Shown here piece after piece: positions 18,170 to 28,149 of a stretch of DNA of 64,000 nucleotides. The position numbers and the translations under genes are program-made. Source of the stretch: Candidatus Latescibacterota bacterium (GTDB lineage: Bacteria; Latescibacterota; UBA2968); contig OZ244960.1 of assembly GCA_965222605.1 (NCBI GenBank), positions 3,136,001 through 3,200,000 of the forward strand, given 5' to 3'. The number at the start of each line of letters is the position of its first letter. The first letter of the stretch is position 1. The notes beneath the pieces are model-generated. The model had not been told where the DNA came from and did not search any database. It saw nothing but the letters and a program-made list of their open reading frames with translations.

Positions 18170-19333
18170 TCATGTTCTCTTACCCGGTATTCGAAAAACG
18201 AGCACAACGCCGAGCAACATCAAAATCGCGCTGATTTGAAAAGCCCAGCGCAGACCATAAGCATCTGCCATGATGCCGAGGAGCAACATTGCCACACCTC
18301 GAAGCGCGAATCCCGCGCCCATATAAAGCCCATTGGCAAATGCCCGGTTTTCTGGGCAGCTTTCCTGTACCATTGCCATGACTACTGGGCCTGTGGAGAG
18401 GGCGACAAAGCCCAGGAGCACTAAAATGGGAAATAAGGCCCAGCCCTGGGTTTCGAGAAAGACAAATAGCAGGATGGGGGTGACAATCATGGAAAAGCCG
18501 AGTATCTGTTTGCGTCCCCAGCGGTCGCTTACCCATCCGCCGATTAGCGCACCGCCAATGCCCGCGCCTTCCAGTACGGAAAGAGACGCGCCCGATAGCC
18601 ACAAGCTGGCGCCTTCTTCGGTCAAGAAGGTGGGCAGGAATGCGGTTAGAGAGGCCATCATAAACGCCCGAACAAAAACAATACCCGATAGCGGTATCAT
18701 AACCGGTGCCATGCGTTTGAGGGCAGCCTGCCAGGTCAGTGCTTTATAAGCTGATATGACGCGACCCGCAACGCTTTTCATCCGCAACAAGAGCACCAGC
18801 GAAGCCACAACACCAGCGGGTATCAGATAGGTTGTTCCGCCAATCCCCCACAGGCCAATGACGCTTACGATCAAAATAGGTCCTATGGTGCGACCGAGTT
18901 CACCGCACAACATCCAGATGCCCATTCCGCGACCGAGGTTGGAACCCGAGAGCGTTCCGGCCATTGCCGGTCCAACTGCGTGAAAAGCTGCGGAGCTAAA
19001 TCCCGTGATTAACAATAGCGCGGTCAGGGATAGATAACCGTGCGCGATGCCGAGCAGGCTCATGGCAATGCCCGTTATAACAGGTCCCAGGATTACGAGA
19101 AATCGCAAATTCAGGCGGTCTGCCTGATGCCCGATAATGGGTTGAAATACCGACGGTGCCTGTCTGACGACCATTAACAAACTGGCCTCGGTTTTGGATA
19201 AGGACAGGGTTTGTATAAAAATAGGCAGCAAGGGTGGCAAAAATCCGCTGTATGTATCGTGTACAGCATGGCCACCGGAGAGGGTAATCACGTCACGGGT
19301 CTGAAAACGGCTGTTATCACTATTTGAGGACAT
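18170..19333 (-). CDS. MFS transporter (Fsr-like)
   Basis: Hydrophobic 387 aa; GHAVHDTYSGFLPPLLP and GGWVSDRWGRK motifs. Confidence 0.85.
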   Translation of the reverse strand: MSSNSDNSRFQTRDVITLSGGHAVHDTYSGFLPPLLPIFIQTLSLSKTEASLLMVVRQAPSVFQPIIGHQADRLNLRFLVILGPVITGIAMSLLGIAHGYLSLTALLLITGFSSAAFHAVGPAMAGTLSGSNLGRGMGIWMLCGELGRTIGPILIVSVIGLWGIGGTTYLIPAGVVASLVLLLRMKSVAGRVISAYKALTWQAALKRMAPVMIPLSGIVFVRAFMMASLTAFLPTFLTEEGASLWLSGASLSVLEGAGIGGALIGGWVSDRWGRKQILGFSMIVTPILLFVFLETQGWALFPILVLLGFVALSTGPVVMAMVQESCPENRAFANGLYMGAGFALRGVAMLLLGIMADAYGLRWAFQISAILMLLGVVLVFRIPGKRT

Positions 19334-19495
19334 GGGCTTCTTTCGAAAAACGGTGATGAATGACGACTTTAAGATAAAGCGCGGAGGCGTTTTGAAGGAG
19401 TGCTAAATGATGGGGTGTGACTAAGTACAGCACTGTTTCTTAGGGTTGCGGGAATGTATTTAGGGACATAATTTAATTGGAGGCTGGGGACCATC

Positions 19496-19521
19496 GGGAC
19501 GGCACAGGGACCGTCCCCTAC
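19496..19521 (-). repeat. GTAG-type REP element
   Basis: Minus strand GTAGGGGACGGTCCCTGTGCCGTCCC; related copies at 27572 and 28092. Confidence 0.7.
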
Positions 19522-19551
19522 TGATCGTTCATTTTCACGGAGATCAATAAC

Positions 19552-20715
19552 ATGTCTGATTATCCCCCTGTTCGTGCGATTACTCGGGGACCTGAATACC
19601 ACTGGTTTGGTTATTACGACAAGTGGCAAATAGATCCTACAGGCCGATACGCACTCGGTATGGAGGTCGATTTTGAGCACCGGTCGCCTTCGGCGGATGA
19701 TACGGTTGCGCTGGGTATTATTGATATGGAGGATGGCGATACGTGGTCTGAGTTCGGGCGCACGCGGGCCTGGTGCTGGCAACAGGGGTGTATGTTGCAG
19801 TGGATACCCAATTCGGATACGGATGTTATTTTTAATGATCGCGAAGGGGATGCGTTTGTCTCGCGGATATACAATGTGAAAACTGGGGCTATTCGCACGC
19901 TTCCGCACGCGATTTATACGCTTTCGCCCGATGGCAAAACAGCGATTGGTGCTGATTTTCGCCGTATCAATCACATGCGGCCCGGGTATGGCTATGCGGG
20001 GATTCCCGATCCCAATCGCGATGTGTGTGCGCCCGATGATGTGGGTATTTATTCTGTGGATCTGGCAACTGGCGAATCAACGCTTATTGTTACGATTGCC
20101 GAGGTTGCCGCGATCCCGTATCCGCATGGCGATATTTCTGAGGCACGTCACTATTTTAATCATTTGCTGTTTAATACGGATGGGTCGCGGTTCATTTTTT
20201 TGCATCGCTGGCGATTTGGCGAGGGCGGTTTTGATACGCGGATGATGACGGCAAATGCCGATGGATCAAGTTTGCATGTGGTTGATGATTACGGCAAGAT
20301 GTCGCATTTTATCTGGCGCGATCCGCAGACGATTCTCGGGTGGGCGTATCACCCGTCGCACGGGAATAAGTTTTATCTTTATCGAGATCTTTCCGACGCG
20401 GAGCCAGAGGTGATTGGTGCCGAGGTTATGACGGTTAATGGTCACTGTACGTATTTGCCGGGTAATGAGTGGATTCTCAATGATTCTTATCCGTCACACG
20501 GCCATCGCCATCAGATTCCATATCTTTATTATGTTGCGACTGGCAAGCGCGTTGATCTGGGTATTTTCCCGTCGCCAGAACCCTATACGGGTGAGTGGCG
20601 TTGTGATTTGCATCCGCGCTATAGTCCCGATGGGCAGTTTGTGGTGATTGATTCGGCACATAAGGGCGATGGGCGGCAGATGTATCGGATTGAGGTGGGT
20701 GATGTTGTAGAATAA
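19552..20715 (+). CDS. Beta-propeller protein (oligogalacturonate lyase/TolB-like)
   Basis: WFGYYDK, NHLLFNTDG, SHFIW, CDLHPRYSPDG motifs. Confidence 0.7.
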   Translation: MSDYPPVRAITRGPEYHWFGYYDKWQIDPTGRYALGMEVDFEHRSPSADDTVALGIIDMEDGDTWSEFGRTRAWCWQQGCMLQWIPNSDTDVIFNDREGDAFVSRIYNVKTGAIRTLPHAIYTLSPDGKTAIGADFRRINHMRPGYGYAGIPDPNRDVCAPDDVGIYSVDLATGESTLIVTIAEVAAIPYPHGDISEARHYFNHLLFNTDGSRFIFLHRWRFGEGGFDTRMMTANADGSSLHVVDDYGKMSHFIWRDPQTILGWAYHPSHGNKFYLYRDLSDAEPEVIGAEVMTVNGHCTYLPGNEWILNDSYPSHGHRHQIPYLYYVATGKRVDLGIFPSPEPYTGEWRCDLHPRYSPDGQFVVIDSAHKGDGRQMYRIEVGDVVE

Positions 20716-20727
20716 AGGAGATATGAT

Positions 20728-21469
20728 ATGGCAATAGCTGAAGCACCTGCTGTATTGACGGAAGAGGAGTTGCTGCATTTTCGCACGAGGGGGTATCTCG
20801 GTCCGTATTCGCTGTGTTCGGAGAGGGAGATGGCGGATCTTCGCCCGGCGATTGAAGAGGTGCTGAAGACAGATCCGCCAGATGCTAAGAATCGCATTCA
20901 CAACCGACATCTGGATAGCCGGGTGATTTACGATTTGTCAACGCATCCCGAGATTCTCAGTCGCATGGTGGCTCTGTACGGCGCAGATTTGATGTTGTGG
21001 CGCACCAATTTTTTTATCAAGTACAAGGGTACGCGGGCGATTCCATGGCATCAGGATTTCAATTATTGGCCGCTCGAGCCGCCGATTATTGTTTCGGCGT
21101 GGATTGCGGTGGATGCTTCGACAAAAGAGAATGGAAATTTGCAGCTTATTCCCGGCTCACATCGCAAAATTATTCCCCATATTAAAGCCACGCCAGATGT
21201 GCAGTTTCAGGAGATGGCCGATGCGGGGTATTACGATCCGGATCAACTGGTCGATCTCGAGATGCAACCCGGTGAGTTTATTCTGTTTAATGAGCGCACG
21301 TTGCATCACTCGAAAGCCAATTTTTCGGATTTGCGTCGTATTGGTCTGGCGGTGCGCGATTCCTCCGATTGTCCATGTTCTCAAATACGATTCCGAAGAC
21401 CACGCGCTTCAGATTATTCACGGCGAAGATACGATGGGGTTTAATCGCGTTACACAACCGCCGGTATAA
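20728..21469 (+). pseudogene. Phytanoyl-CoA dioxygenase (PhyH) family, frameshifted near 21357
   Basis: PWHQD, PGSH and LHHS motifs; the plausible C-terminus IPPIVHVLKYDS...QPPV* is in another frame and ends 14 bp before the next gene. Confidence 0.7.
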
Positions 21470-21483
21470 GGGGAACCAACTGT

Positions 21484-22671
21484 ATGAAGATTACCAATAT
21501 TGAGACGTTTATTGTCGATGCGGGTTGGCGCCCGTGGATATTTGTTCGGGTGGATACAGATGAGGGTATTAGTGGCTGGGGGGAGTGCAGCGATGGTCGC
21601 AGTCCTTATGGGGTTACGGGTACGGTGCGCGATCTGACGCCTTTGCTTATCGGCAAGGATCCGCGCGCTTATGAGATGCGCTTTTGGGATATGTTGCGGG
21701 GGACGCGACAGAGTCCGGGGGGTATTGCGGCGAAGGCGATTGCGGGTGTTGAACTCGCGCTTATTGATATTAAGGCGCGTGCGCTCGGTATTTCTGTTGT
21801 GGAACTTTTTGGGGGTCCAACGCGCGAGCAGGTTCGCGTTTACTGGTCGCACTGCGGGACTTCGCGTGCGCGCAATAGCGATTTGCTCAATACCCCACCG
21901 CTTCGGACGATGGACGATATTGCCGCGCTGGGGCGGGAGGTTGTGGAGAGGGGATATACGGCGCTGAAGACGAATATTGTTATACCGGGGGATCCAGCTG
22001 GCGTGTATTTTGGCGGATTTGGCGGTGAACCGGGGACGACAGATGGCGTGGTTACGCGGCAGATTCTCCGGCATATTGAGACGCTTATTGGTACGTTTCG
22101 AGATGCTGTGGGGCCCGATGTCGATATCAATCTGGATCTCAATTTCAATTTTAAACCCGAGTCGTGTATGCGTATTGCCAGGTTGCTCGAACAATTTGAT
22201 TTGCTGTGGCTGGAGATCGATATGTACGAACCCGATGCGATTCGGCAGATTAAGGATGCGACGAGTACTAAAATTTGTACGGGTGAAAATTTGTTTTATA
22301 TGCGCGAATTTATCCCTTATTTTCAGGCGCGGTCTGCGGATGTGTTTATGATCGATGTGCCGTGGAATGGATTTGCTCAGTCTAAAAAGGTAGGGGATTT
22401 GGCCGAGGCGTATCAACTCAATGTTGCGCCGCACAATTATTATAGCCATCTTTCAACATGTATTAGTGCCAGCCTGTGCGCGGTTTTGCCCAATGTGCGT
22501 ATTATGGAGATTGATGTTGACGATGTGCCCTGGCGCGAAGATATGGTTACCCATGTGCCAGCAATTGAAAATGGGTATCTGACGATTCCCACAGGTGTGG
22601 GCTGGGGTACGGAGATGGTCGAGGATGTGCTCAAAGCGCATCCCTGGGAAAAAGGAAATGCGAATTGGTGA
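21484..22671 (+). CDS. Mandelate racemase/muconate lactonizing family (sugar-acid dehydratase-like)
   Basis: MKITNIETF...VDTDEGISGWGE, CTGEN, APHN enolase-superfamily motifs. Confidence 0.88.
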   Translation: MKITNIETFIVDAGWRPWIFVRVDTDEGISGWGECSDGRSPYGVTGTVRDLTPLLIGKDPRAYEMRFWDMLRGTRQSPGGIAAKAIAGVELALIDIKARALGISVVELFGGPTREQVRVYWSHCGTSRARNSDLLNTPPLRTMDDIAALGREVVERGYTALKTNIVIPGDPAGVYFGGFGGEPGTTDGVVTRQILRHIETLIGTFRDAVGPDVDINLDLNFNFKPESCMRIARLLEQFDLLWLEIDMYEPDAIRQIKDATSTKICTGENLFYMREFIPYFQARSADVFMIDVPWNGFAQSKKVGDLAEAYQLNVAPHNYYSHLSTCISASLCAVLPNVRIMEIDVDDVPWREDMVTHVPAIENGYLTIPTGVGWGTEMVEDVLKAHPWEKGNANW

Positions 22672-22681
22672 GGAGGACAAT

Positions 22682-23419
22682 ATGAATAATCAACAACACT
22701 TTTTTGAACTCGATGTCTATGGCTTTACGGTTGTTGAAAATGTTTTGACGACTGAGGAAGCAGGCGAGATGCGCGAAGCACTTATGCGCTGTGAGAAAGA
22801 AGTTGGCACGGAGGCCAAAAATCGGGGAACCGCTCGGCATGTCGCCAATTTGCCTGTGCTGGATCGCGTTTTTCACAAGACTATTGACCATCCGCGGATA
22901 CTTCCATTGCTCGAGCATTATCTGGAGAAGTCGCTTATTTTGGGCAGTCTCAATGCCCGCATCGTGCGTCCGGGCGATCCAGATCAGGGGTTGCACAGTG
23001 ATATTCCATTGGAGATGCTCAATTTCAGTTCGCCAGTTATGATGAATACGATTTGGATGCTCGATGATTTTTCGCCGATAAATGGGGGCACGCGCGTGGT
23101 GCCGGGGTCGCATAAGAGTGGATTGGCTATCCCGCCAGAGGATGTGTCTGTCAAGCATATTGCACAACCCGAGGGATCTGCGGGTAGTGTTATTGTTATT
23201 AACGGTCAAATATGGCATGCGGGCGGCGCGAATACGGGGACGACGAATCGCCACGCGTTGTTCGGCCACTATCGCAAACGCATGTGTATGTTTCAAGTGG
23301 ATCCCCACGATGGTTTTCCACCTGAATGGTTTGACGGGCTTACAGATAGACAAAGGCAATTGATGCGGATGAGTAAGGGGCTTAAAACAGCCCACGCGGC
23401 GGATGCACATTTCAGGTAA
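22682..23419 (+). CDS. PhyH-family dioxygenase
   Basis: LHSD, GGTRVVPGSH, WHAGG; GAGGAGG RBS before ATG at 22682. Confidence 0.85.
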   Translation: MNNQQHFFELDVYGFTVVENVLTTEEAGEMREALMRCEKEVGTEAKNRGTARHVANLPVLDRVFHKTIDHPRILPLLEHYLEKSLILGSLNARIVRPGDPDQGLHSDIPLEMLNFSSPVMMNTIWMLDDFSPINGGTRVVPGSHKSGLAIPPEDVSVKHIAQPEGSAGSVIVINGQIWHAGGANTGTTNRHALFGHYRKRMCMFQVDPHDGFPPEWFDGLTDRQRQLMRMSKGLKTAHAADAHFR

Positions 23420-23439
23420 TTGGAAAATAGGAGATCAAA

Positions 23440-23871
23440 ATGCTCGTTGGTATATCCCCGCTGTTCAGTCCCGAGTTGCTCGCTACGATTTATCGCATGG
23501 GACACGGAGATGAGATTGTTCTGGCAGATGCACATTTTCCCGGGCATTCGGTGAATGCCAATACGCTGCGGGCTGATGGTTTGGGGGTTGCGGATTTGCT
23601 CGAAGCAATTTTGCCGTTGTTTGTGCTGGATACGTATGTGGATAGTCCGGTTTTTATGATGGATGCTGTGCCGGGCGATACGCTCGATCCCGCGGTTGAG
23701 GCGTCTTACCGGGCTGTTATTGATGAGATATGGCCAGGTACGCCTCCGATCGCGCGTGTTGAACGCTTTGCTTTTTACGAACAGGCGAGACACGCTTTTG
23801 CGGTTGTTATGACTGGGGAGACGGCAAAATATGGCAATGTTATTTTAAAAAAAGGTGTGACGCCGGTGTAG
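23440..23871 (+). CDS. fucU: RbsD/FucU-family sugar mutarotase
   Basis: [15 protein letters not shown] and [16 protein letters not shown]. Confidence 0.8.
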   Translation: MLVGISPLFSPELLATIYRMGHGDEIVLADAHFPGHSVNANTLRADGLGVADLLEAILPLFVLDTYVDSPVFMMDAVPGDTLDPAVEASYRAVIDEIWPGTPPIARVERFAFYEQARHAFAVVMTGETAKYGNVILKKGVTPV

Positions 23872-23879
23872 GAGCAGTT

Positions 23880-25040
23880 ATGCCAACGCAAACCGATCAG
23901 CTCAAACAACGCAATCGCGAACTTTCTATTCTCAATGCGATCGCCCATGCACTCAACCAGTCTGTGGATCTCGATCAAGCCCTGGAGACAGCGCTTGAAA
24001 AAGTAGCTGCACTGCTCGATTTGAGTACCAGCTGGATATGGCTCATGCACGAAGAAACGGGCGAACCCTATCTGGCTGCTGCACAAAACTTACCCCCTGT
24101 ATTGCGCGATAATCCAGATAGAATGGGTGGCTGGTGCTATTGTCTGGACACCTATCAGAAAGGCGATTTGAAGGGGGCTGCTAATGTGAATGTCGTGACA
24201 TGCAGCCGATTGAAAGGACTTGTAGAGGGAACAGACGGGTTGCAGTACCACGCGAGTATTCCACTGTATGCCCAGAAAAAAAAGGTGGGGGTGTTGAATG
24301 TGGGCAGTGTTGAATGGCGCGAGCTTTCGGATGAAGATTTGCGCTTGCTCAATACCGTGGGCGATTTGATGAGTATTGCTATTGAGCGGGCGCGTTTGTA
24401 CGAAAAAAGCGTTGAGATTGGTGCTGCGGATGAGCGTCTCCGCGTTGCGCGAGAAATACACGACACTCTGGGTCAGAATCTGGCGGCGATCTTAATGCGG
24501 TTGGAAATCCTGGATGCGTTGCTCGAAGATAATACAGATCGCAAAAAGCTGTCTGAAACCGTGCGCGATGCCATGGCTTTGGCGCGCGATAATCTGGAAG
24601 ATGCGCGGCGCACTGTGCTGGATTTGCGCGCTGCACCGCTTGAAAATCGCACATTGGCCGAAGCATTGCAAGATCTGGGGCGCGAAATAGGAGACGAGAC
24701 AAATCTGGATATACGCGTAAAGAGTATTGGCGGATATCCCTTGTCTGTGCGGGTCGAAGCGGGGTTGTATCGCATGGCTCAGGAGGCGTTGAACAATGTT
24801 GTGCAACACGCAAGAGCCAGAAGAGTTCTGGTTGAACTGACCTCAACGCCCGAATACGTAGAACTCGTGGTTGAAGACGACGGGCGCGGGTTTGATCCTG
24901 CAAACGTGTCAGAAGGCCGATATGGCCTGGTTGGGCTGAATGAGCGGGCGCATTTGCTCGGGGGATCTTTTGCAATTGAAAGTGCGCCCGAGCACGGTAC
25001 GCGTTTGGATATCCGCATTCCTTTGGAGCGCAAAATATGA
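23880..25040 (+). CDS. GAF-domain sensor histidine kinase (HisKA_3), Cys-rich, AirS/YhcS-like
   Basis: ERLRVAREIHDTLGQ H-box, QEALNNVVQHA, DDGRGF; GAF contains WCYC (C86/C88) and C108. Confidence 0.9.
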   Translation: MPTQTDQLKQRNRELSILNAIAHALNQSVDLDQALETALEKVAALLDLSTSWIWLMHEETGEPYLAAAQNLPPVLRDNPDRMGGWCYCLDTYQKGDLKGAANVNVVTCSRLKGLVEGTDGLQYHASIPLYAQKKKVGVLNVGSVEWRELSDEDLRLLNTVGDLMSIAIERARLYEKSVEIGAADERLRVAREIHDTLGQNLAAILMRLEILDALLEDNTDRKKLSETVRDAMALARDNLEDARRTVLDLRAAPLENRTLAEALQDLGREIGDETNLDIRVKSIGGYPLSVRVEAGLYRMAQEALNNVVQHARARRVLVELTSTPEYVELVVEDDGRGFDPANVSEGRYGLVGLNERAHLLGGSFAIESAPEHGTRLDIRIPLERKI

Positions 25041-25657
25041 GTACGCCAATTCGCATTGTGGTTGTAGATGATCATCCAGTTGTGCGCGATGGCCTTATTG
25101 CAATGTTGAATACGCAGTCCGATTTTGAGGTGGTGGGAGAAGCAGGCGATGGGGAAGAAGCATTGCAGAAGGTTGCAAAACGCAATCCCGATGTGCTATT
25201 GCTCGATCTGGAGATGCCGGGTGTAGATGGGATTGAAACGCTTCGGCGATTGCAAAACGAAAAGGAGCAGGTGCGGGTCATTGTATTTACGGTTTTTGAT
25301 ACGGATGAGCGCATTGTATCGGCTATGCAGGCCGGGGCAAAGGGTTATTTGCTCAAAGGCGCGCCCAGAGACGAGGTGTTTCGCGCCGTGCGCGTGGTCA
25401 ATGAAGGCGGGTCATTGCTCGAGCCCCTTGTTGCTTCCAAGTTTCTGGATAGTGTAAACAACCCGGATGCGTTGACCGCGCGGCAAAAGGAAGTGCTCAA
25501 ACTGCTGGCAACGGGTCTGTTGAACAAGGAAATTGCCGATCAACTCGGTATTGCAGAACGCACGGTGAAATTTCACGTGAGTGAAATACTGGCGAAACTC
25601 GGCGCGGGCAATCGCACAGAGGCAGTGGCTGTTGCGACGCGGAAAGGGTTGATATAA
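25037..25657 (+). CDS. NarL/LuxR-family response regulator
   Basis: VVDDH, DLEMP receiver; LTARQKEVL...NKEIA...TVKFHV HTH. Confidence 0.93.
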   Translation: MSTPIRIVVVDDHPVVRDGLIAMLNTQSDFEVVGEAGDGEEALQKVAKRNPDVLLLDLEMPGVDGIETLRRLQNEKEQVRVIVFTVFDTDERIVSAMQAGAKGYLLKGAPRDEVFRAVRVVNEGGSLLEPLVASKFLDSVNNPDALTARQKEVLKLLATGLLNKEIADQLGIAERTVKFHVSEILAKLGAGNRTEAVAVATRKGLI

Positions 25658-25686
25658 CGATAAGCATAACGCTACATGCAACGCGA

Positions 25687-25754
25687 CCTGTCCGAAAGGA
25701 CAGGTTGTTTTTGTCCCTGGGGACGATGTTTTGGGGTTTCGGATGGCGTATTTT
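25687..25754 (+). promoter_or_regulatory. Tandem palindromic operator plus -10 box (site A); first palindrome may also terminate the regulator gene
   Basis: CCTGTCC-GAAA-GGACAGG, then GTCC-N4-GGACGAT, 21 nt, TATTTT; same layout at 42569 and near 62358. Confidence 0.65.
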
Positions 25755-25798
25755 TGGGGTGAGATTAGATATCATCCCGATAAACAAGGAGGCATACC

Positions 25799-27568
25799 AT
25801 GGCTGTGACGACAATTGATTATGTGCCCTGTGCGCGTGTGGAAGATATTCCCGAGGGTGGGATTATAGCGGTGAATGTGGAGGGCCATGCGATTGCGCTG
25901 GCAAAGTCAGATGGCGAGATTCGGGCGGTGGATAATCGGTGCCCGCATATGGGGTATCCGCTGAGTGAGGGGTCGATTCACAATGGGTTGATTATTTGCC
26001 ACTGGCATCACGCGCGGTTTGATCTGGTGAGTGGGTGTACGTTTGATCCGTTTGCGGATGATGTTCGGAGTTATCCGGTGGATGTGCAGGATGGTGAAAT
26101 TTATGTGAATGTGCATGCCACGCATCCCGATCCGGTGGGACATTGGAAGCGACGGTTGAGCGAGAGTTTGGAGCAGAATATCAATCTGGTGATTGCCAAG
26201 TCGGTGATCGCGCTTCGGGGTCAGCGGGTCGATGGGGATGAGATTGCAGAGATTGGCGCGCGATATGGTGCGTTGAGGCGGCGTCAGGGGTGGGGGCCGG
26301 CGTTGACGATTTTGACGTGTATGGCCAATGCGGTGCCAAAGCTGGCGAATGAGGATCAGGTTCTGGCGCTGTATCAGGGGTTGTTGCATGTGGCGCGCGA
26401 GACGAGTAATGCATCGCCGAGGATTGTTTTTACGCCGCTGGAGACAGAGGAACTGACGCTCGCGCGTATTAAGGAGTGGTTCCGCTATATGATTGAGGTG
26501 CGGAATGCCGATGGTGCGGAACGCGCTTTGTTGACGGCGATTCAGATGGGGGCAACGTCTTCGGAGATGTGCGATATGCTGGTGGCAGCAGCGACAGATC
26601 ACTTTTATCGCGATGGCGGGCATGTGCTGGATTTTATCAATAAAGGTTTTGAGATGCTCGAGCGCATTGGATGGGACAAAGCCGATGAGATTTTGCCTTC
26701 GCTGGTGGGGGTGCTTTCAGGCTCACAGCGCAGTGAGGAGTTGAATCGGTGGCGCAGTCCCGTTGATCTGACGGCGTTGTTACACGGTGCGTTTGATGAG
26801 CTTGAGGATCTGGTTCGAGAGGGCGAGGGAAAGACGTGGGACGATGCGGATGCTTTGACGGAGATTCTGTCAGGTGATGATCCGCATGCGATTGTGGATG
26901 GGCTGAAGGCGGCATTTGCCGGGGGGGCGACGCTGACGCAGTTGACGCAGACGTTGGCTTATGCAGCGGCTTTGCGGATTGCGCGGTTTCACGTTAAGAA
27001 TGAGTTTGGCGATTGGATTGCTGTGTTGCATACGCATTCGGCGGCTAATGCGCTGCATCAATGTGCAAAGCGCGCGCCGTCATTGGAGTTGGCGCGGGGA
27101 ATTTTCCACGGTGCAATGGCGCTGTATTTTGACCGGTGGTTTAATAAGCCAGCAGCCAGATTGCCGCAGGATCAGCGCGCGACCCAACAGTTGCCGGAAG
27201 ATGCAGATGAGTTGCTGGATTCTTTTGTGGAGTTGCTCGATACACAGGCACAGGTGGATGAGGCGGGGCGGATTGCGTATCGGTATTTGTCGCTGGGGCA
27301 TCCGCGCGGTGAGTTGTGCGAGCGGTTGGGCCATGTGTTGCTGCGGGAAGATGCGGAGTTTCATTCGTTTCAGATGCTGGAGTCTGCATTTAGCCAGGCA
27401 GAGGAGCTGGATGAAGAACGCGCACGGATTACGCTGGTGGGCGCAGCGCGCTATCTGGCAGCGCATGCACCAACGGCGCGGGCGTTGAAGCAGACGGCGA
27501 ATTTGGCGCTTCGACTCCACCGGGGAGAGGATCTTTCGGCTGAAGATCCGGATGAGGATGTGGGGTGA
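25799..27568 (+). CDS. Rieske [2Fe-2S] domain fused to a large helical domain
   Basis: NRCPHMGYPL...CHWHHARFD Rieske ligands; AGGAGG RBS. Confidence 0.85.
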   Translation: MAVTTIDYVPCARVEDIPEGGIIAVNVEGHAIALAKSDGEIRAVDNRCPHMGYPLSEGSIHNGLIICHWHHARFDLVSGCTFDPFADDVRSYPVDVQDGEIYVNVHATHPDPVGHWKRRLSESLEQNINLVIAKSVIALRGQRVDGDEIAEIGARYGALRRRQGWGPALTILTCMANAVPKLANEDQVLALYQGLLHVARETSNASPRIVFTPLETEELTLARIKEWFRYMIEVRNADGAERALLTAIQMGATSSEMCDMLVAAATDHFYRDGGHVLDFINKGFEMLERIGWDKADEILPSLVGVLSGSQRSEELNRWRSPVDLTALLHGAFDELEDLVREGEGKTWDDADALTEILSGDDPHAIVDGLKAAFAGGATLTQLTQTLAYAAALRIARFHVKNEFGDWIAVLHTHSAANALHQCAKRAPSLELARGIFHGAMALYFDRWFNKPAARLPQDQRATQQLPEDADELLDSFVELLDTQAQVDEAGRIAYRYLSLGHPRGELCERLGHVLLREDAEFHSFQMLESAFSQAEELDEERARITLVGAARYLAAHAPTARALKQTANLALRLHRGEDLSAEDPDEDVG

Positions 27569-27571
27569 GAC

Positions 27572-27597
27572 GTAGGGGCGGGTCCCCGTGCCCGCCC
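27572..27597 (+). repeat. GTAG-type REP element
   Basis: GTAGGGGCGGGTCCCCGTGCCCGCCC. Confidence 0.7.
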
Positions 27598-27673
27598 GTG
27601 GCGGGACGGATGATTCCAGATCACAGACAGGTATTACAAAAGCCTGTACCAGCGATGGTGCAGGCTTTTGTAT

Positions 27674-28066
27674 TTATATAGTCGGTTCCCATTTTCCCTT
27701 TACGCGATAGGCTTCGCGATCGCCGGGCCACGGCGGCATGGTGATGGCTACGGCGCACAATGGTTCGCTGTTGTGGGCGCGAAATTGGAAGTGTGTGTCT
27801 TGTGGTATGGTGAGGGTTACGCCGGGGGCGAGGGGTGCGATTTCTTCGCGGTTGGCCTGTTTGCGCCACATTTCACCCTGTCCGCTGATGATGTACCAGA
27901 TTTCTTCGACGGTGCGGTGGGCAACGGCGATGGATGTTTTTCCCGGGGCGAGTTCAAAGTGGGCCATGCCACCGCTTTTGAGTTCGAGGAGTATGCGAAC
28001 ATCGGATCCATCGGGCGCGGTGACGTCGGGTTCCCGGGGCAGGCGTTTCGTGCTGAATTCGGTCAT
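27674..28066 (-). CDS. Cupin-domain protein
   Basis: AVAHRTVEEIWYIISGQGEMW and IPQDTHFQFR. Confidence 0.85.
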   Translation of the reverse strand: MTEFSTKRLPREPDVTAPDGSDVRILLELKSGGMAHFELAPGKTSIAVAHRTVEEIWYIISGQGEMWRKQANREEIAPLAPGVTLTIPQDTHFQFRAHNSEPLCAVAITMPPWPGDREAYRVKGKWEPTI

Positions 28067-28091
28067 GGTGTTCTCCTAAAAGCGATTCAAT

Positions 28092-28118
28092 GTAGGGGCG
28101 GTGCCCCTGTGCCCGCCC
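28092..28118 (+). repeat. GTAG-type REP element
   Basis: GTAGGGGCGGTGCCCCTGTGCCCGCCC. Confidence 0.7.
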
Positions 28119-28149
28119 GTTGGGTGGCAGGGCGACGGGGATTGCCGAT

